Shown: piece by piece, positions 1 through 12,523 of the stretch | Layout of the letters: the number at the start of each line of letters is the position of its first letter | Numbering within the stretch: position 1 is the stretch's first letter | Assembly (NCBI GenBank): GCA_000934665.2 | Contig: KZ539085.1 | Location: 1-64,000, forward strand | Origin: Catajapyx aquilonaris | Taxonomy: Eukaryota | Length of the DNA stretch: 64,000 nucleotides | Direction: 5' to 3' | The notes under the pieces: generated by a model | Databases searched by the model: none | Told to the model about the DNA's origin: nothing | The model's input: only the letters and a program-made list of their open reading frames with translations | Made by a program: the position numbers and the translations under genes

Positions 1-1862
1 ACCGATGAAAATTCGAGCACATGTCATGAGGTCGCGGGAGGAAAGCTCTCCACGGCACTCGCCCAAATGCCTGCACCTGGCACACTGATTGGCGGGAGAA
101 AAAGTCGCGGACGATTCCATAACAGTCCGACAATCTTTTTGACCGTGATAGTACCAGGGGTCGAAATATTTGGATGCTAAGGTGCAATGTGCACTCCAAA
201 ATTGTTATCTGCATCCAAACTGAGCCTTGGAGGGCAAAGTATGCACTGCAGTTCCTGCTTTTTAATATGGCTAAACCCAGTAATTAAAAATTAATCATTA
301 CAAGTAATTTGCACTTCAGATGAAAGTCTTGAGTGCAAACTTAGCACTTGGACAAATATTTAAGACTCCACCCCTGCTGTACCATAAGTATTACCCAAGC
401 AACTCCCAAATTAATGCCATTAATTAATCCTGGTACAAGCCATTCCACACAATATTTCAAAATAACGAGGGGAGAGAAACAAATGGCGAACGATAACCCC
501 CAGACCCCATTTTTGACCAGTGTCCCACCCTTTTTCATGATTGAGAGAGAAGCTTGGAAATGTTTCCTTCTCCATTCTCATGGACTACTCTGCTGTGATT
601 GGCAGGAGGTGCCACTTTATGTGAGGTAAAATGGTAATGTGATGCAGGCACTATGATACCATGGAAGGGAATGTCATTCTGAATCAAAATGTCATCTGGC
701 ATTTTGTGACAAAAAACTATGCATGAGGTGCTCTAGGCCTACAAAATGTAGATATGCAGAGTTGTTAAGGCTGCACATGAGCAAAAATACGGTAGGCACA
801 TTTTTTAGAGAACTTTAGATTTTTGTGGCGGAACGCGGCGTTAACCTGGAAAAACACGAACTAGGTCACCTGCGCAAAGGTTTGGCCTTTACAATGATAC
901 CATACTCGACATGATTGCATTAAAATCGTGGACAAAAATGTGTCCGATTTTCACGCTATTTCTGCCGCCATGTTATTCAAATAGACTTTTCGAAAGCGTC
1001 GTTTTCCATTCGCCTCAACTCGTCCTAACTGTCACTTCTAGACAGAAAATGGAAAAAAGAAGAACTATTAGTGCACTTGCGCCAGATCATCTTATGCAAT
1101 TTCTATGTCGATTGAACCATTTTCGCAGCCGAACATCCCCAGAAATGTAGATATGTCGAATCTCCATTTGCTGCCCATGCATAAGCGAGTTTGTTTAGGT
1201 CATCGACAATGGCTCGCATTGTTACCGTATTTTTTTTGGTACTGCACGGCCTTAATAGCAATTTTCATAAGCAGTTATTTGTCCAAATGCATTGGATGGA
1301 TTTTCATCCCACTGCTAACATACTGCTAGCAGCCTGCTACTGCTAGTGAGGATTCTCCAGCTTTTTCATGAGGCACCATAGTTATCAGTTGTTGACAGTG
1401 GCTAGCAGTAGCTAGCAGTATGCTAGAAGTGGGATGAAGTGGGAGGGGATGTTTATTTAAGGTGCTAATCAGGTCACCATAGCAATACTTGGGTTGGTCA
1501 TTTGCCTGCCAACTGTCATTTTCCTAAATGACAGTTGGCAGGCAAATGACGGTTGGCAGGCAAATGATGGTTGGCGTTACAGGCGGACAGACAGACGACA
1601 GACAGACAGATCATAAACAGCGCTATTTATGTAGAAGATTAGAATGCATAGTAGTACCAAGAATACAAATTCTCATGCACCATGCTATTCATTTAATGTG
1701 GATTGACAAGTAATTAAAAGAAGTGATAAATTATGGTATGGGTTTCAAATTTCAAATGATGATGGATAATAATAATAATGATGATGATGATGATGATGAT
1801 CATGATGATGATGATGATGGATACCCCATGATAGGCCTCCTTGGGCCTCTTAGGGGATCATC

Positions 1863-1995
1863 CAAGGGGTTAGCAACTCCCCGGAACCGGTGTACACCCT
1901 GGCCAAGGAACCAGGTGGAACCTGCTTGGAACCGGGTGGAACCTCCCAGTTCCAGGATCTGGTGTACACTTTTTTAGGGAGTTGCTAACCCCTTG
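1863..1995. mobile_element. Short non-autonomous DNA transposon (hAT/P-type, 8-bp TSD)
   Basis: TIRs CAAGGGGTTAGCAACTCCC / GGGAGTTGCTAACCCCTTG. TSD GGATCATC at 1855-1862 and 1996-2003. Confidence 0.8.
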
Positions 1996-2018
1996 GGATC
2001 ATCATTTAATTGACCGAC

Positions 2019-2902
2019 TTTAACCCAGATATGACTGGAAAAGTTTTTGTTGAATTTTTAAGCTTTTTTTCTATTAGTTCATATTAGTTCCCAAAACACA
2101 AAAAGTGAGATAAAACATTTTTCTGGCTGCTTGTTTGCGAGAAAATTGCCGTTTCCTATAATTATGGGATGCTAGGAAAATGTAACCTAGTATGGCTATA
2201 ACAGTTGTTGATTACATTACCATGGCAACAGTGACATTCAGCAATATCCATAGTTTCATAATATCATCAATGATTGATTGTTGTCGATTGCATTACCATT
2301 GGAAACAGGCCGCGCAAAAATGGGTTGTAATTGAGTAACAATCAACAACAATCAAGGATTGTTGCAACGGTTGCCATGTTAACCAATTGGCATGTAATCT
2401 CGTTTTAATTGGATGGATTCATTAAAATACAGTTCAACAAATCATACAAAATCCACACACATACTTTACTTGTCCAAATGTGGGTGCATTTGCCTCTTAT
2501 TGTGTTCCCCCGAAGGGACGCCAGATTTCAGCACTACTCTCAGACAAGGAAAGTAAAAAATATTCCTATATTTCCACATCGACATCATCATTCATAAGTT
2601 TTCTAAGTATTACAAACAAAAAATAACTCATAATGCTAATCAACATTCGAGAATTAATTACTAATCGTCTTCGGAACGTGGAGGTGCAGCCATCATTTCC
2701 TGAGTTAAAATTCAAACACCTGTATCTTAAAAATCTGAAGCAATATTGAGCGGGTTTGAACTTGTATCGTTAGCTGGGACTCTCCTGAAGCCCCCGTCAC
2801 TACTGCCAGCTCTTTAGCAGCAGAAGAACCTGCGCAAAAAAATTTAAATGTAGCAACTGTGCAGGTGTCCCCTATAGGGGACACTCGGCTTATCTGGGTT
2901 AA
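2019..2902. mobile_element. piggyBac-type MITE (TTAA), family copy 1
   Basis: Ends TTAACCCAGAT...ATCTGGGTTAA. An inverted homologous copy spans ~18949-21190 and a partial copy starts at ~40279. Confidence 0.75.
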
Positions 2903-3657
2903 TCATTGCCTGCGCTGTGATGGATTTTGATTGTGGGAGGAAACGGGAGAACCCCTAGAAAACCCATGTGAACACAGAGAGAACCCTTCGAAACTCGATC
3001 CACATAAGTATGCTCCGTCCGACCCAGGGATCGAACTCGTGACCTTAGAGGTGGAAGGCTTTGGTGCTAACCACTACGCCACCCTGTCGCCCTCGACACA
3101 TGTTTATTTAAGGTGCTAATCAGGTCACCATAGCAATACTTGGGTTGGTGCATGCAAAAAGACATTTTTATCTGCATTTTGGTACACTTTCATATTTAAA
3201 AGCACAAATTATGAAGGAAAGAGAGCATGTTCAAAGAATATTTGGACTTCAATATTCATATCATTTCACTATCACAGTTTTCTGAGGCGATTTCAGATGA
3301 TGGAAGTTACAAAAGACTCCATGTCACAGTTACATGTTTAAATATCACAAAACACAAAATATTGTTTCGTCTAGAGGGCTATTTGGCTTATTTCAGGGGC
3401 TGAGCACCTCTACCGTAGAATGTACAAAACAGGCATTTTCTCCTGGTTATGGCTAGTAGGGCCTAACTGGCTCTATCCCTGTACCTAGGATCTATCACAT
3501 GGTAGGTGAGAGATTTGGCCATTTGGATATCAAGAATAGAAACACAACACCGGATGGGATGAGAGGACGAAGGTTCCAAGATTATTCCCAGTATATTAAC
3601 CAAGGTAGAAATTAATATCCTTCTATCTTGGACATCTCACCGTCCTAATTGCTTATT

Positions 3658-3987
3658 ATAATAATAATAATATAATCGTGGGTAATGCTTTCACCCCATC
3701 GCATGAACCTTTATTTATTTTGGTCAAGTTTCTCAACTCAAGGTGCAAGGAAACAAGGAAATTGGGTAAGGATAGGGATTTTCGGGGAGGGGACACGGGT
3801 GCAAGTGCAATGTCGTTAAACGGGTCATGTGCAGTCCCCCAGGAGGTTAGGTTCCCAGACACCTCCTTGGTCCAGGTCAGAGACCCTCCTGACGCAGGTG
3901 AAAGGAAAGTTCCCCAGGCGGGGATCGAACCTGGGGCCTTTCACTCAGCAAGCCGTGACGTTACCATCACGGCCACCACACCTCCCC
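3658..3987 (-). mobile_element. tRNA-derived SINE with (ATT)n tail
   Basis: A/B boxes GGTGGCCGTGATGG...GGTTCGATCCC on the minus strand. 14-bp TSD CCTAATTGCTTATT at 3644-3657 and 3988-4001. Confidence 0.85.
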
Positions 3988-4074
3988 CCTAATTGCTTAT
4001 TGGACTCATGGACTGTGTGTGCGGTGGTTTTCTCTTGCAGGTGTCTCAATTTGTTATTCCTCCTGGCACTTCTG

Positions 4075-4937
4075 ACAAGGGAAAGTCACCCATTGTAGAT
4101 GAAGTTGCGGAATGAAACTTGGCACAATAATAGAGGTAGGTAAGTTATTGACCAAAATGCAAACCGTTTCTGCCCAAAGCTACAAGGTCAAAAGTTATGA
4201 CATCTTGATGTCAGCCCGGACAGCTTACCATAGGAGCCAAGTTTCAGATATCGCACTCAAAAAGGCATACATTTTATTACATCATTGGAAAGGGATAATT
4301 ACTCTGATTACGAGCTATCAGCTACAAGAACTGCTAGATCGCAGCTATTTTTTAGAAAATCGCTTCTGAAGTTTTTCGCAAAAAAATAATAACGAAATTA
4401 TTTTTTATCAAATCCAGCTTATAGCCTACTCTTGGAAAATTTAGAAAATCAGGTTCTCTAATTTGTTGTAAGCCGGAAGCATAAGCCACTTGCAGATTAA
4501 ATGAAACGTTGTACATTAGCACCTGCGACTGTGTGACAATGTGATCAAATCAAAACATGTCCATACAATGAGCACATCTTACATAAAAAAAAATACCTAC
4601 CAAATAGGTAGTATACCAAATAGTAGTCCAAATGATACATGTGTGCAATGCAGGAACTTGTCGTTTATTCGATGCGCTCATTGTACAAATGTGTTTTGTT
4701 TTGAACATATAATTTAAAACATGCATAAGTGCTAATTTCCTATGCTTCTTTTTATCTGCCAGTGCTTTACCCTTCTCGCTAAGGTAAGCTGTCCAGGCTG
4801 ACATGAGAGGTCATAACTTTTGACCTTGTAACGTTGGGCCAAAACGGTTTGCATTTTGGTTAATCACTTACCTCCCTCTATTATTGTGCCAAGTTTCATT
4901 CAGCAACTCCATCTACAATGGGTGACCTTTCCTTGTG
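4075..4937. mobile_element. Non-autonomous DNA transposon with long TIRs
   Basis: ACAAGGGAAAGTCACCCATTGTAGATG... is mirrored by ...CATCTACAATGGGTGACCTTTCCTTGT. A related copy lies at ~63285-64000. Confidence 0.75.
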
Positions 4938-5187
4938 AGTCGTTAGCTGCCAGCTCTTCTCTGCTGATCTGTTCTGCCCTGCTATGTCTTCATTCCTCTG
5001 GCAGACGTTTTGGAATCTGCTGCTTCTCAGCAGGCAGACTTCTGCTTTCCCTTGCTGGTTTCTTGCTGTCTCTGAACTACCTCTCCCTGAACTTACTCTC
5101 TCTGACTAACATGCTGACTCTGAGCCTGCGATGTTTTTATAAGCCTATGAGCTGGTAGTTAGATGTTGGTGCGTTGGCAATCGCCCT

Positions 5188-6076
5188 TTAACCCTGTAGC
5201 GGGCATTGTTGTCTGAGGGCAACAATTAATTTGCGCAGGCGCCATAAGCTTCAACATTGGTCCTGGAAACCACAGTGTGGCTTGATGTCACCGTTAGTTT
5301 GTTAGCTTCCGCTGGATGACATGCAATGTCGACAATGTTACGATCGGGATATGGTATGAAGCGGAGAGTAGCCAAGGTCGTTGAAAATGGCGCGAAATTT
5401 GAATTTGCTGAAGCAGCAATTGTTTCTGGCGCTGATTAGATATAGGTGCAGATATTAAATATCCAATTGCATGTGTAACACTGCAAGAGTAGCTCTCTCG
5501 TCGCCATTTGAGGCCATTCTAATTTTGCCAGCACAATTTCATCACAATTTTTTGGCGGCGCAGGCACAATATTGCTTGAGGTTTGAGTCCTAAGTTATTG
5601 TACTATTTTTATTCGAAAACGGAAATATGTACAGATATGACCATTACTACGTTTTAAAGGCCCGGCGATTACAATTTGGACGGGAATATATATGGCCCCG
5701 AGGTCTCAAGGGGAGCCGGTAAACGAAAGGGAATCATGACCCCCCACCCCGAGCTGCATGAGACGGTGGAAGGGTGGGGGTTATGATCGCCTTTAGTTTT
5801 CTGGTCCCCTTTGCGATATGGATGCCATCTATTTATCTGATGAAATTGCAATCACCGGACCTTCAAAACTTAGCAAAGGTCATCTCTGTATGTGTTACCA
5901 TTTTTGAATAAAAAAATACTCGCCATGACTTTTGACTCACCTGGTGTAACTTCAAAGTCATTGGGTCAGAGATGACCAAAACATAATTAAAACCATCCTT
6001 ACGTCGCATATGATGAGAAAAAGGCGTTAGAATTTTTTTCTTCCCACAATCCTAAATGTGTGCAGTACAGGGTTAA
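5188..6076. mobile_element. piggyBac-type MITE with an internal foldback
   Basis: Ends TTAACCCTGTA...TACAGGGTTAA. Internal inverted repeat ~5575-5940. Confidence 0.7.
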
Positions 6077-6931
6077 TGATTGAGCAATTGTGGTGCAATT
6101 GCACAGGACATGTGGTTAGGGGGTTTCCTGAGTGTGAAGCAAACTGGACCAATAGATGATGCATTTTGGCCACATCAAGACGTAGTCAGCATCCCGTTGA
6201 ACCAGATTACGTCAGATCAGATGTCTGGGCTCACCCTCCAATGACGGAAGCGAGTGACTGGCCCTCAGGTGTGACAAGGCCTTGCGCCACAGCGGTTTCC
6301 CCTGTGTGTAGCAAAGTCCGGTGCTAACCTGGCCAATTTGTTATTCAATGAAATTTTTGGATCTGTTTTGGCCCCATTCACAGCAATATCATTTCTGGGT
6401 GTGTTCAGTAGTAATTTCAGCAACTGGGCAGGGAATGGCTAATGAGAGAGAAGTTGCATTGACACACTTGCCCCATGTACTGTAAATCACAGCCCGGACT
6501 GCTTTACAGTTGTGGCAATATACACACTTCTCTCTGTCTCTCTCTCTCTGTCTCCCGCTCCCACTTTCCACACACCCCCCCCNCCCACCCAATGTTCCCA
6601 GGAAGTGGCCAGTAGATAACTGGCCTCTCATCTGCCTAGTGGATAAGTTTATGAAGTCCAAGAGGGTATCTTGAGATGTGGTTGGGGAACTGTTTTCAGG
6701 AGTAAGAGCAGGAGCAGGGCCAACTGGAGAAAGTGAGGAGGGTGAGATTGGGCAGGGGGAAGTCAAAAGCTACTCCTCTTTGGGACAGATTGGCATACTT
6801 GCCTAAGCATGGCAATATTTCTGTATGAAAGGGTAGTCAGGGATAAAATGAGAATTTGCAAACAAACCATTCCATATAATACACAATTGCCCATGTAACT
6901 TCTGTCAGCTAATAATAATCCTTGGTTCCAG

Positions 6932-7316
6932 ATCGAGGAGTTGCAGTGCAAGTCAGAGTGTTAGCCGCAGTAACAGTGTTAGCAACGTGAGCACTAGCAG
7001 TACCAGCAGTGAGCCTAGGAGGAAGCGGAGACGGAAGTATAGGGGTGGCAGTGGAAGGGTGGAAAGTGATGGGAAGCATCGGCACCACAGCCATCGCCGC
7101 AGTGGCCACAAGCAGTCATCCAGGCGCCACAGTGGAAGCCGCAGGCATGACCCACCACGCTCCTCTCGCTCCCATTCCCATTCCTCTCATCATCACCACA
7201 CTAGCAGGCATCGCCACCGACATGGAGAGAATTCTAAAGCCTCACCAGTGCGTCACCACAGGCACAAGAGCCGACGCAAGAGGCACAGGTCATCTTCAAG
7301 CCACGACGACACATAA
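6932..7316 (+). CDS. Last coding exon of an Arg/Ser/His-rich protein (upstream exons not identified, probably left of the window)
   Basis: Acceptor TTCCAG at 6926-6931. The frame is open from the acceptor (phase 2): SRSCSASQSVSRSN...RRKRRRK...RHRHRH...SSSHDDT then TAA 7314-7316. AATAAA at 7450. Confidence 0.7.
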
Positions 7317-7578
7317 GGTTTGATCTGCCCATACCTTTATTGCCTCACATATGAAAGATCTTTAGCACCATCCTAATATATTCTTTGGCACTGTAGGTAC
7401 GAGTGGTTTTCAGCAAGGTCAAAAAAGGCACATTAAATTTCCTCATTGTAATAAATGAAAAGGCTGTTTCCTCCCATAAAAGGTCTCTGGCACTACCTCC
7501 CTTACATGTGTAATTCTAGTATATGTGTCTCCGAAATGGCTGTAATGAGGTACTTACTCAAATGTCTCTATTTAGAGG

Positions 7579-7905
7579 ATGGAAGCTGCTCCGGACGGAA
7601 CCTCCAACACTCCTCCCCCTCCCCCTCCCCTACCCCCTGCCAGTGTATCAAAAAGGAGGGGGACCAAGAGGCGGAGTGTGTCAGGACCACCCTCAATTCC
7701 GTCCGCTACTGCCAAAGGCAGGAGATCCGGTGGAGAGGGATGTAAAGAGGAGCTGAAAACACAGGGTGGTAAGGAGGAAGGGGAGGTGGAGGGAGGAGAG
7801 GACCTGCCAAAGGAGGAGGTAGAAGAACACTCCACAATGGTCCATGCTGGTCCACTGGTTCTTCCTGGTTCTGTCCTGGATGAAGTCCTCACGCACAAGA
7901 AAGCG
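7579..7905 (+). CDS. RFXAP: RFXAP-like protein, coding exon 1
   Basis: ATG in AGGATGG context. Pro-rich, basic (KRRGTKRR) and acidic segments, ending SVLDEVLTHKKA. Donor GCG|GTAACA, phase 0. Confidence 0.75.
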
Positions 7906-9431
7906 GTAACAAATATTATGTTTCCAGAAAAATAATGCCATTTGTAAACATTAGTTGCCTGGAAATTATGCATTAGGCATTAGGGGTTTCAGGTTCCATC
8001 CCCCCTATACAGAACAGTGGCCTAATACTCTGATGATTGTATGGAATGATTATGATTGGGCTCTGTTCTATTATTGCATGGATTTTCTTGGGATGATATT
8101 ATTTATTGTGTCAGAAGTCCATCATTAATGGTAGTCAAGAATAGAGCTATAAATGGAGGGCTCAGGAGAAAAACGTGTTAATCTCCAGTGGGAAATGCAA
8201 AAGTTCTCGGCCTGAATTTTTCCCCCGGAAACAAATGAAGCACAGGAGGTGTCCTTCTCTGGGTAGGTGTGGAGTACCTTCAGGAGTATTACTACTAAAT
8301 TCACGGTGCTGCCAAATGTGGAAGGCGCGATGGTTTATGGCAGGGGTCCCTTTACCTCTTCTACCTCAATAAACCCTCTTCTACCCCTCCCGACAGCCAT
8401 CCCTCCCTGGCCTGCCTTAAGGCAATTGCCACTCTTGGCAATTCAGGAGGAGTGTGCCAAGCCGGGAAATACCGTTAAGCTCTACTCCAATGCTATTTCT
8501 TCATAAGCGTTCCCTAATACTACAAAAAAGTCTAACATATTTCCAAACGTGATTTTTCAGTGGGCAGGGCCTATCCGGTATTCCACCGTGAATTCAGTAG
8601 TAGTGAATATTTTCCTGGCTGTAGAGAGCACCAGTCGCTAACAGTCAGCCTGTGAGCCCACTGCCGCATGCCAGTTAACATGTCTTACTCCCGAGACGTT
8701 CAATTCGTGCCAAAGCTACCTACCGACAGAGCTGGAAGTCTCGCAGGACATTCTGGACAACAGTGTGACAGAGAGACGAAATCTTGGTTCCTTACATACA
8801 ACGACAGCTACTACAAACCCATGAATTTTGGTCGAAATCGGAAAATATTTGTCGGAAAAGTGGTCTGAGTTGACGTGGAATGCCCCATTAGTATAAGTCA
8901 CTAAAGCACAGCAGTATGCCTGAACAGAGTGATGAGGAGTCTGCATGTCTGATGAATTAGGTGATGAGTTTGTAACACTCTGTATGCCTATAATTGAGAA
9001 AAAAATTGTCTGTGCTCATAACATACAGAGAAAAATTGTTTATTTGGACATGTCGGGTTCTCATTCAGTGCTAAAACAAGACTTGTCCACATTATACTCT
9101 ACTGTAGAATGTGTAATATGCATTGTACAAACTTCATATTCTGGTGCATGTTGACTTTGATATCATCCTATTCAACACAAAATTATCATTAGAAACATTT
9201 TTGAAACTTTCCAGGAATTCAGTTTTTCTTTGTTTTCTCGAAAGGAACAGCTCAGCTCACACAAAAAGGGGGGGAGTGAGTGGGGCCTGTTACAAACACT
9301 CAACAGCCACCCCAGAAAACTTCTCCTTCCAGTCATGTAATAATCTTAACCTTTGTTCAGCCACAGCCTCCCTGGATACCTGTGAGGTCGAGTTAAATGA
9401 AAGTGGTCCAATTCTGCATGTGCACCTTATG

Positions 9432-10225
9432 TAGGGTAAAGTGGGGCAAGTGCATAAATGGGGCAAGTGCGGCATTGCTTCTAGTGTATGACACAAGGTG
9501 GCAGGTGCTATTAAAAATCACGTAAATGTTTACGATGACCTTTGCCCACTCTGCTAAAAGTAGCGCGATCTTATCTCGTTCGTCACATTGACAAAAAATT
9601 GCTGCCAAGCTCAAGGTGGCGTGTTAACTTTTCCGGCGAGTATGCAAGTATCTTTTGCAGAATTTCTGAAGAACTTGATATTTCATGCTGCATAACTGCT
9701 CCGGCACTGTATGTAAGCGGTTAAGGTGCACTATCACGCTGTTGTTATTTCATTTTGGTGGCATAATCAGGCTGGTTTTTAAAATGGGTGATGCACTTGC
9801 CCCTAACTAGACATGGTCAGGGGCAAGTGGGTACCCAATTAATACAGGTATATGGATCAAAATGCAATATTGGAGGAATAAAGCCAGGGGTCACCAAAAG
9901 AGGCTATAAGACATCTTTTTGTGGTCACCAATGGATATTCTGCAATTGGCAACAGGCTAATTTCAAACACTGGTGTGAAAACACTTCCACATAATTCATT
10001 TAAATCAGATAATGTCAGTACTGTTAGGCAACCTGTTGCGAAGCAGGGAATGAAAGTTTGTCGTGTAAGAACTAGTTGGTGTATTTTTATTTGGAAAAAA
10101 CAGACTGACAGAGGAAGTTTGTGTTTTTGTGGCACTAGTCCTATATGCAACCTGAACAATGTTTATTACTGCGAGAGAATTCCAAAATCACACTTACCCC
10201 ATATTGCGGGGCAAGTGCAGCACTA
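9432..10225. mobile_element. Decayed pogo/Tc1-type DNA transposon fragment
   Basis: Repeated sub-terminal motif GGGGCAAGTG and its inverse CACTT(G/A)CCCC. No intact ORF. Confidence 0.45.
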
Positions 10226-10540
10226 AGCACCACTTATTTTTCGGAGCACCCATGCAGATCAATGATTTGCAATAGGTCACTTTGAAAGTCAATAAGGTAA
10301 GGTAATATTTTCAGGGGTTGAAAGTTCTGATTCATAGTAGTAGTGAAACTCAATGTTTGCCTATTCAGATCCCAAACTGAGGGAAGTACTTTCTTTTAGG
10401 GAGAGTTTCTGATAGTTTTGAAGGGAGGAAGAAATCAAAGAAAAAATTTTGCCACTCGATACGAGCCAGCTGTCTCCCCTGCAATATATATCAGCCCCCT
10501 ACAATATATATCAGCCCCCTACAATATGTTGATCTTGTAA

Positions 10541-11542
10541 TACAGGGTCATCAAAAAGAATGTCCCAATTTTAAAACCCTATAACTCGAAAACTTGTACA
10601 CATATCTTAATGATTTAAGTTTTGAAATGCTAACAAAGGTCTGAAGTTTTTGTCTTACCATAGTATGTTTCAATATGAGCTCCATTTGTCACTTGGAAAA
10701 TGCCAATACCGTAATCAGGGCCTAACCCGAAGACATGTCTGGAGTCACCATTGTGATCCTATCCCATAGGTGCTGGATGTGCCGGATCTTTTCACCATAC
10801 ATGTGTCTGCACAAAAAAAAGTCCATCGGGGTAAGATCTGCCTTCTGGGTGGGTTAAGCATTGGGGAAACTTCTCATTCAAGACTTTGCTCACTGGGAGG
10901 CTGAACAAATGAAACTTTCCTACAGCAGGTTTATTTCATAGATGAGGCTACTTTTTATTTGAATCATTGAGAACAACGTGTGTGGTGTAAAGACCAGTCA
11001 TCTTCCCGCATCTACAGGTTAGGATTGCAACGGTAACTTCAGATATGATTGAGCGGATTTGGCTCGAGACCAAATATCATCTTTTTAAATCTGCTGCGCA
11101 ACGAATGAAGCTCATATCGAAACAAACTAAGGTGAGAGTAAAGTTTTAGACATTTCTTAGCATTTCAAACCTTAAATTATTTAGATATGTCTGTGTACAA
11201 GTTTTCAAGTTATAAGGTTTTTAAAATCTATTTATTTATTTATTTATACCCCATCATTGGGAGAAACGGCGCTCCATTAGGGGGGTGGAGTACCACCATT
11301 GGATGGGACCAAGGATAGGGAAGGAAGGAAGCGGCTGTAGCCTATTATTTAGGAAGCAACCCCGGAATGATCCTGGGGGGACCATGGAAAACCACAGAAA
11401 ACCATGGTCAGGGTTGCTGGCCCCGGGATTCGAACCCAGGACATCCCAATTAGCAGTCGGGCTCCTTAACCACCACACCAACTTGCTTCAGTTGAGTTAT
11501 AGGGTTTTTTAAATTGGGGTGTTCTTTTTTGATGACCCTGTA
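10541..11542 (-). mobile_element. Defective Tc1/mariner-superfamily element
   Basis: TA-flanked TIRs CAGGGTCATCAAAAAGAA / TTCTTTTTTGATGACCCTG. Minus-strand remnant DLTPMDFF at ~10815-10840 (SPDLTPxDFFLWG motif). A SINE is inserted near the right TIR. Confidence 0.8.
11229..11490 (-). mobile_element. tRNA-Ser(GCT)-like-headed SINE with (TAAA)n tail
   Basis: Minus strand: TGGTGTGGTGGTTAAGG...GACTGCTAATTGG...GGTTCGAATCCC. The body is shared with copies at 20110, 26432 and 47390. Confidence 0.85.
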
Positions 11543-11646
11543 TACTGGCACATTGTGGAATGCGCAGTAATGCGGGAGTGGTGGTAGGAGGAAGAGGAAT
11601 GATGATGATTATGATTATGATTATGACGATCTTTATCATTTTTCAG

Positions 11647-11727
11647 GCCCTGCTGCGTAGTCCAGAAGTAGTTGCTTTTCTGCAGAAGAGGAGGAGGAAA
11701 GCAGCTTCTTTGCACATGTCTGACTGA
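11647..11727 (+). CDS. RFXAP: RFXAP-like protein, last coding exon
   Basis: Acceptor TTTTTCAG. Phase 0 reads ALLRSPEVVAFLQKRRRKAASLHMSD*. The joined motif VLDEVLTHKKAALLRSPEVVAFLQK matches the RFXAP C-terminal motif (human LLEQVLNQKRLSLLRSPEVVQFLQK, from memory). Total 135 aa. Confidence 0.8.
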   Translation, partial: ALLRSPEVVAFLQKRRRKAASLHMSD

Positions 11728-12523
11728 CTTTATTGGCTCTCTCATCAACACTGACAACTCAAGTTTTCCACCAGTTTTAATGAAATCAACGTGCCAAATT
11801 GTGATTTGACCTACTGTGTACACCAGTCCCGTTTATCTATCTCTCTAACTCCCCTTGCGTTCTTCGTTTTGGCACTTATGTTTTTTTATAGACATGAATA
11901 AGTACCATTATGTACAGTATGTGAAATCCTTCTATAGTGAATTTTTTTGGATGTGTATAAGTGAACCTGTTCTCTATGTTATTTGGAAAATGATCATTTA
12001 CATGCATAATATTATGTTAATTATATGTATGATAGGCAAGAGTTTTATTAATTTACTGGACTTCTGCAGTATTATTGTGACTTGTGGAATTTCCTGTTCA
12101 TATTATTTGATGCATAATAGTTTATAAATGTTTGTACAATACTAGTGACTTCTTGGTTATTTTTTGGCAGTGGTAGTTGTTTGAGTGGGAAGGAGCAAGC
12201 TTGGTCGTCACCGAAAGCAGCATGTTGCGTTTTTGCTGCCCCGACTTCTCGTGCAGCTGGAAACAGAACTCATGGTTATCAATAGGTGCAGACACACCTG
12301 GCAACAAAATCGCATGAAAAGTGAGCTGTGGGGAGAGGACTCGGGTTGCAGCAGGGGAAGCATACTGTCAGCTTCTGGATGTCTTCTGGTGTACTGAGCA
12401 TGATACATGCTCCCAGTTGCACCAATGTGAACCTCGTGAGCGTCAGCGACGAAAACGCCTAGTATGAACCTAGCCTTACTGTGTCACTATAATTTTGATA
12501 ATATTTTAAGTTGAATATGCTAG

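Larger units (their letters stand above)
1756..3095 (-). mobile_element. tRNA-headed SINE with V-domain-like core and (ATC)n/(ATT)n tail, interrupted by two DNA-transposon insertions
   Basis: Minus strand: A/B boxes GGTGGCGTAGTGG...GAGTTCGATCCC at ~3085-3025. Core GGGTTTTCTAGGGGTTCTCCCGTTTCCTCCCACAATC. Tail GATCCCCTAAGAGGCCCAAGGAGGCCTATCATGGGGTATCC(ATC)n at ~1860-1760 resembles the tail of the copy at 49165-49445. Confidence 0.65.

Noticed and set aside
8029..8990. Hammerhead ribozyme cores at CTGATGA motifs (8030, 8949; also 5837, 26742)
   Set aside because: No stem II followed by GAAA at the required spacing.
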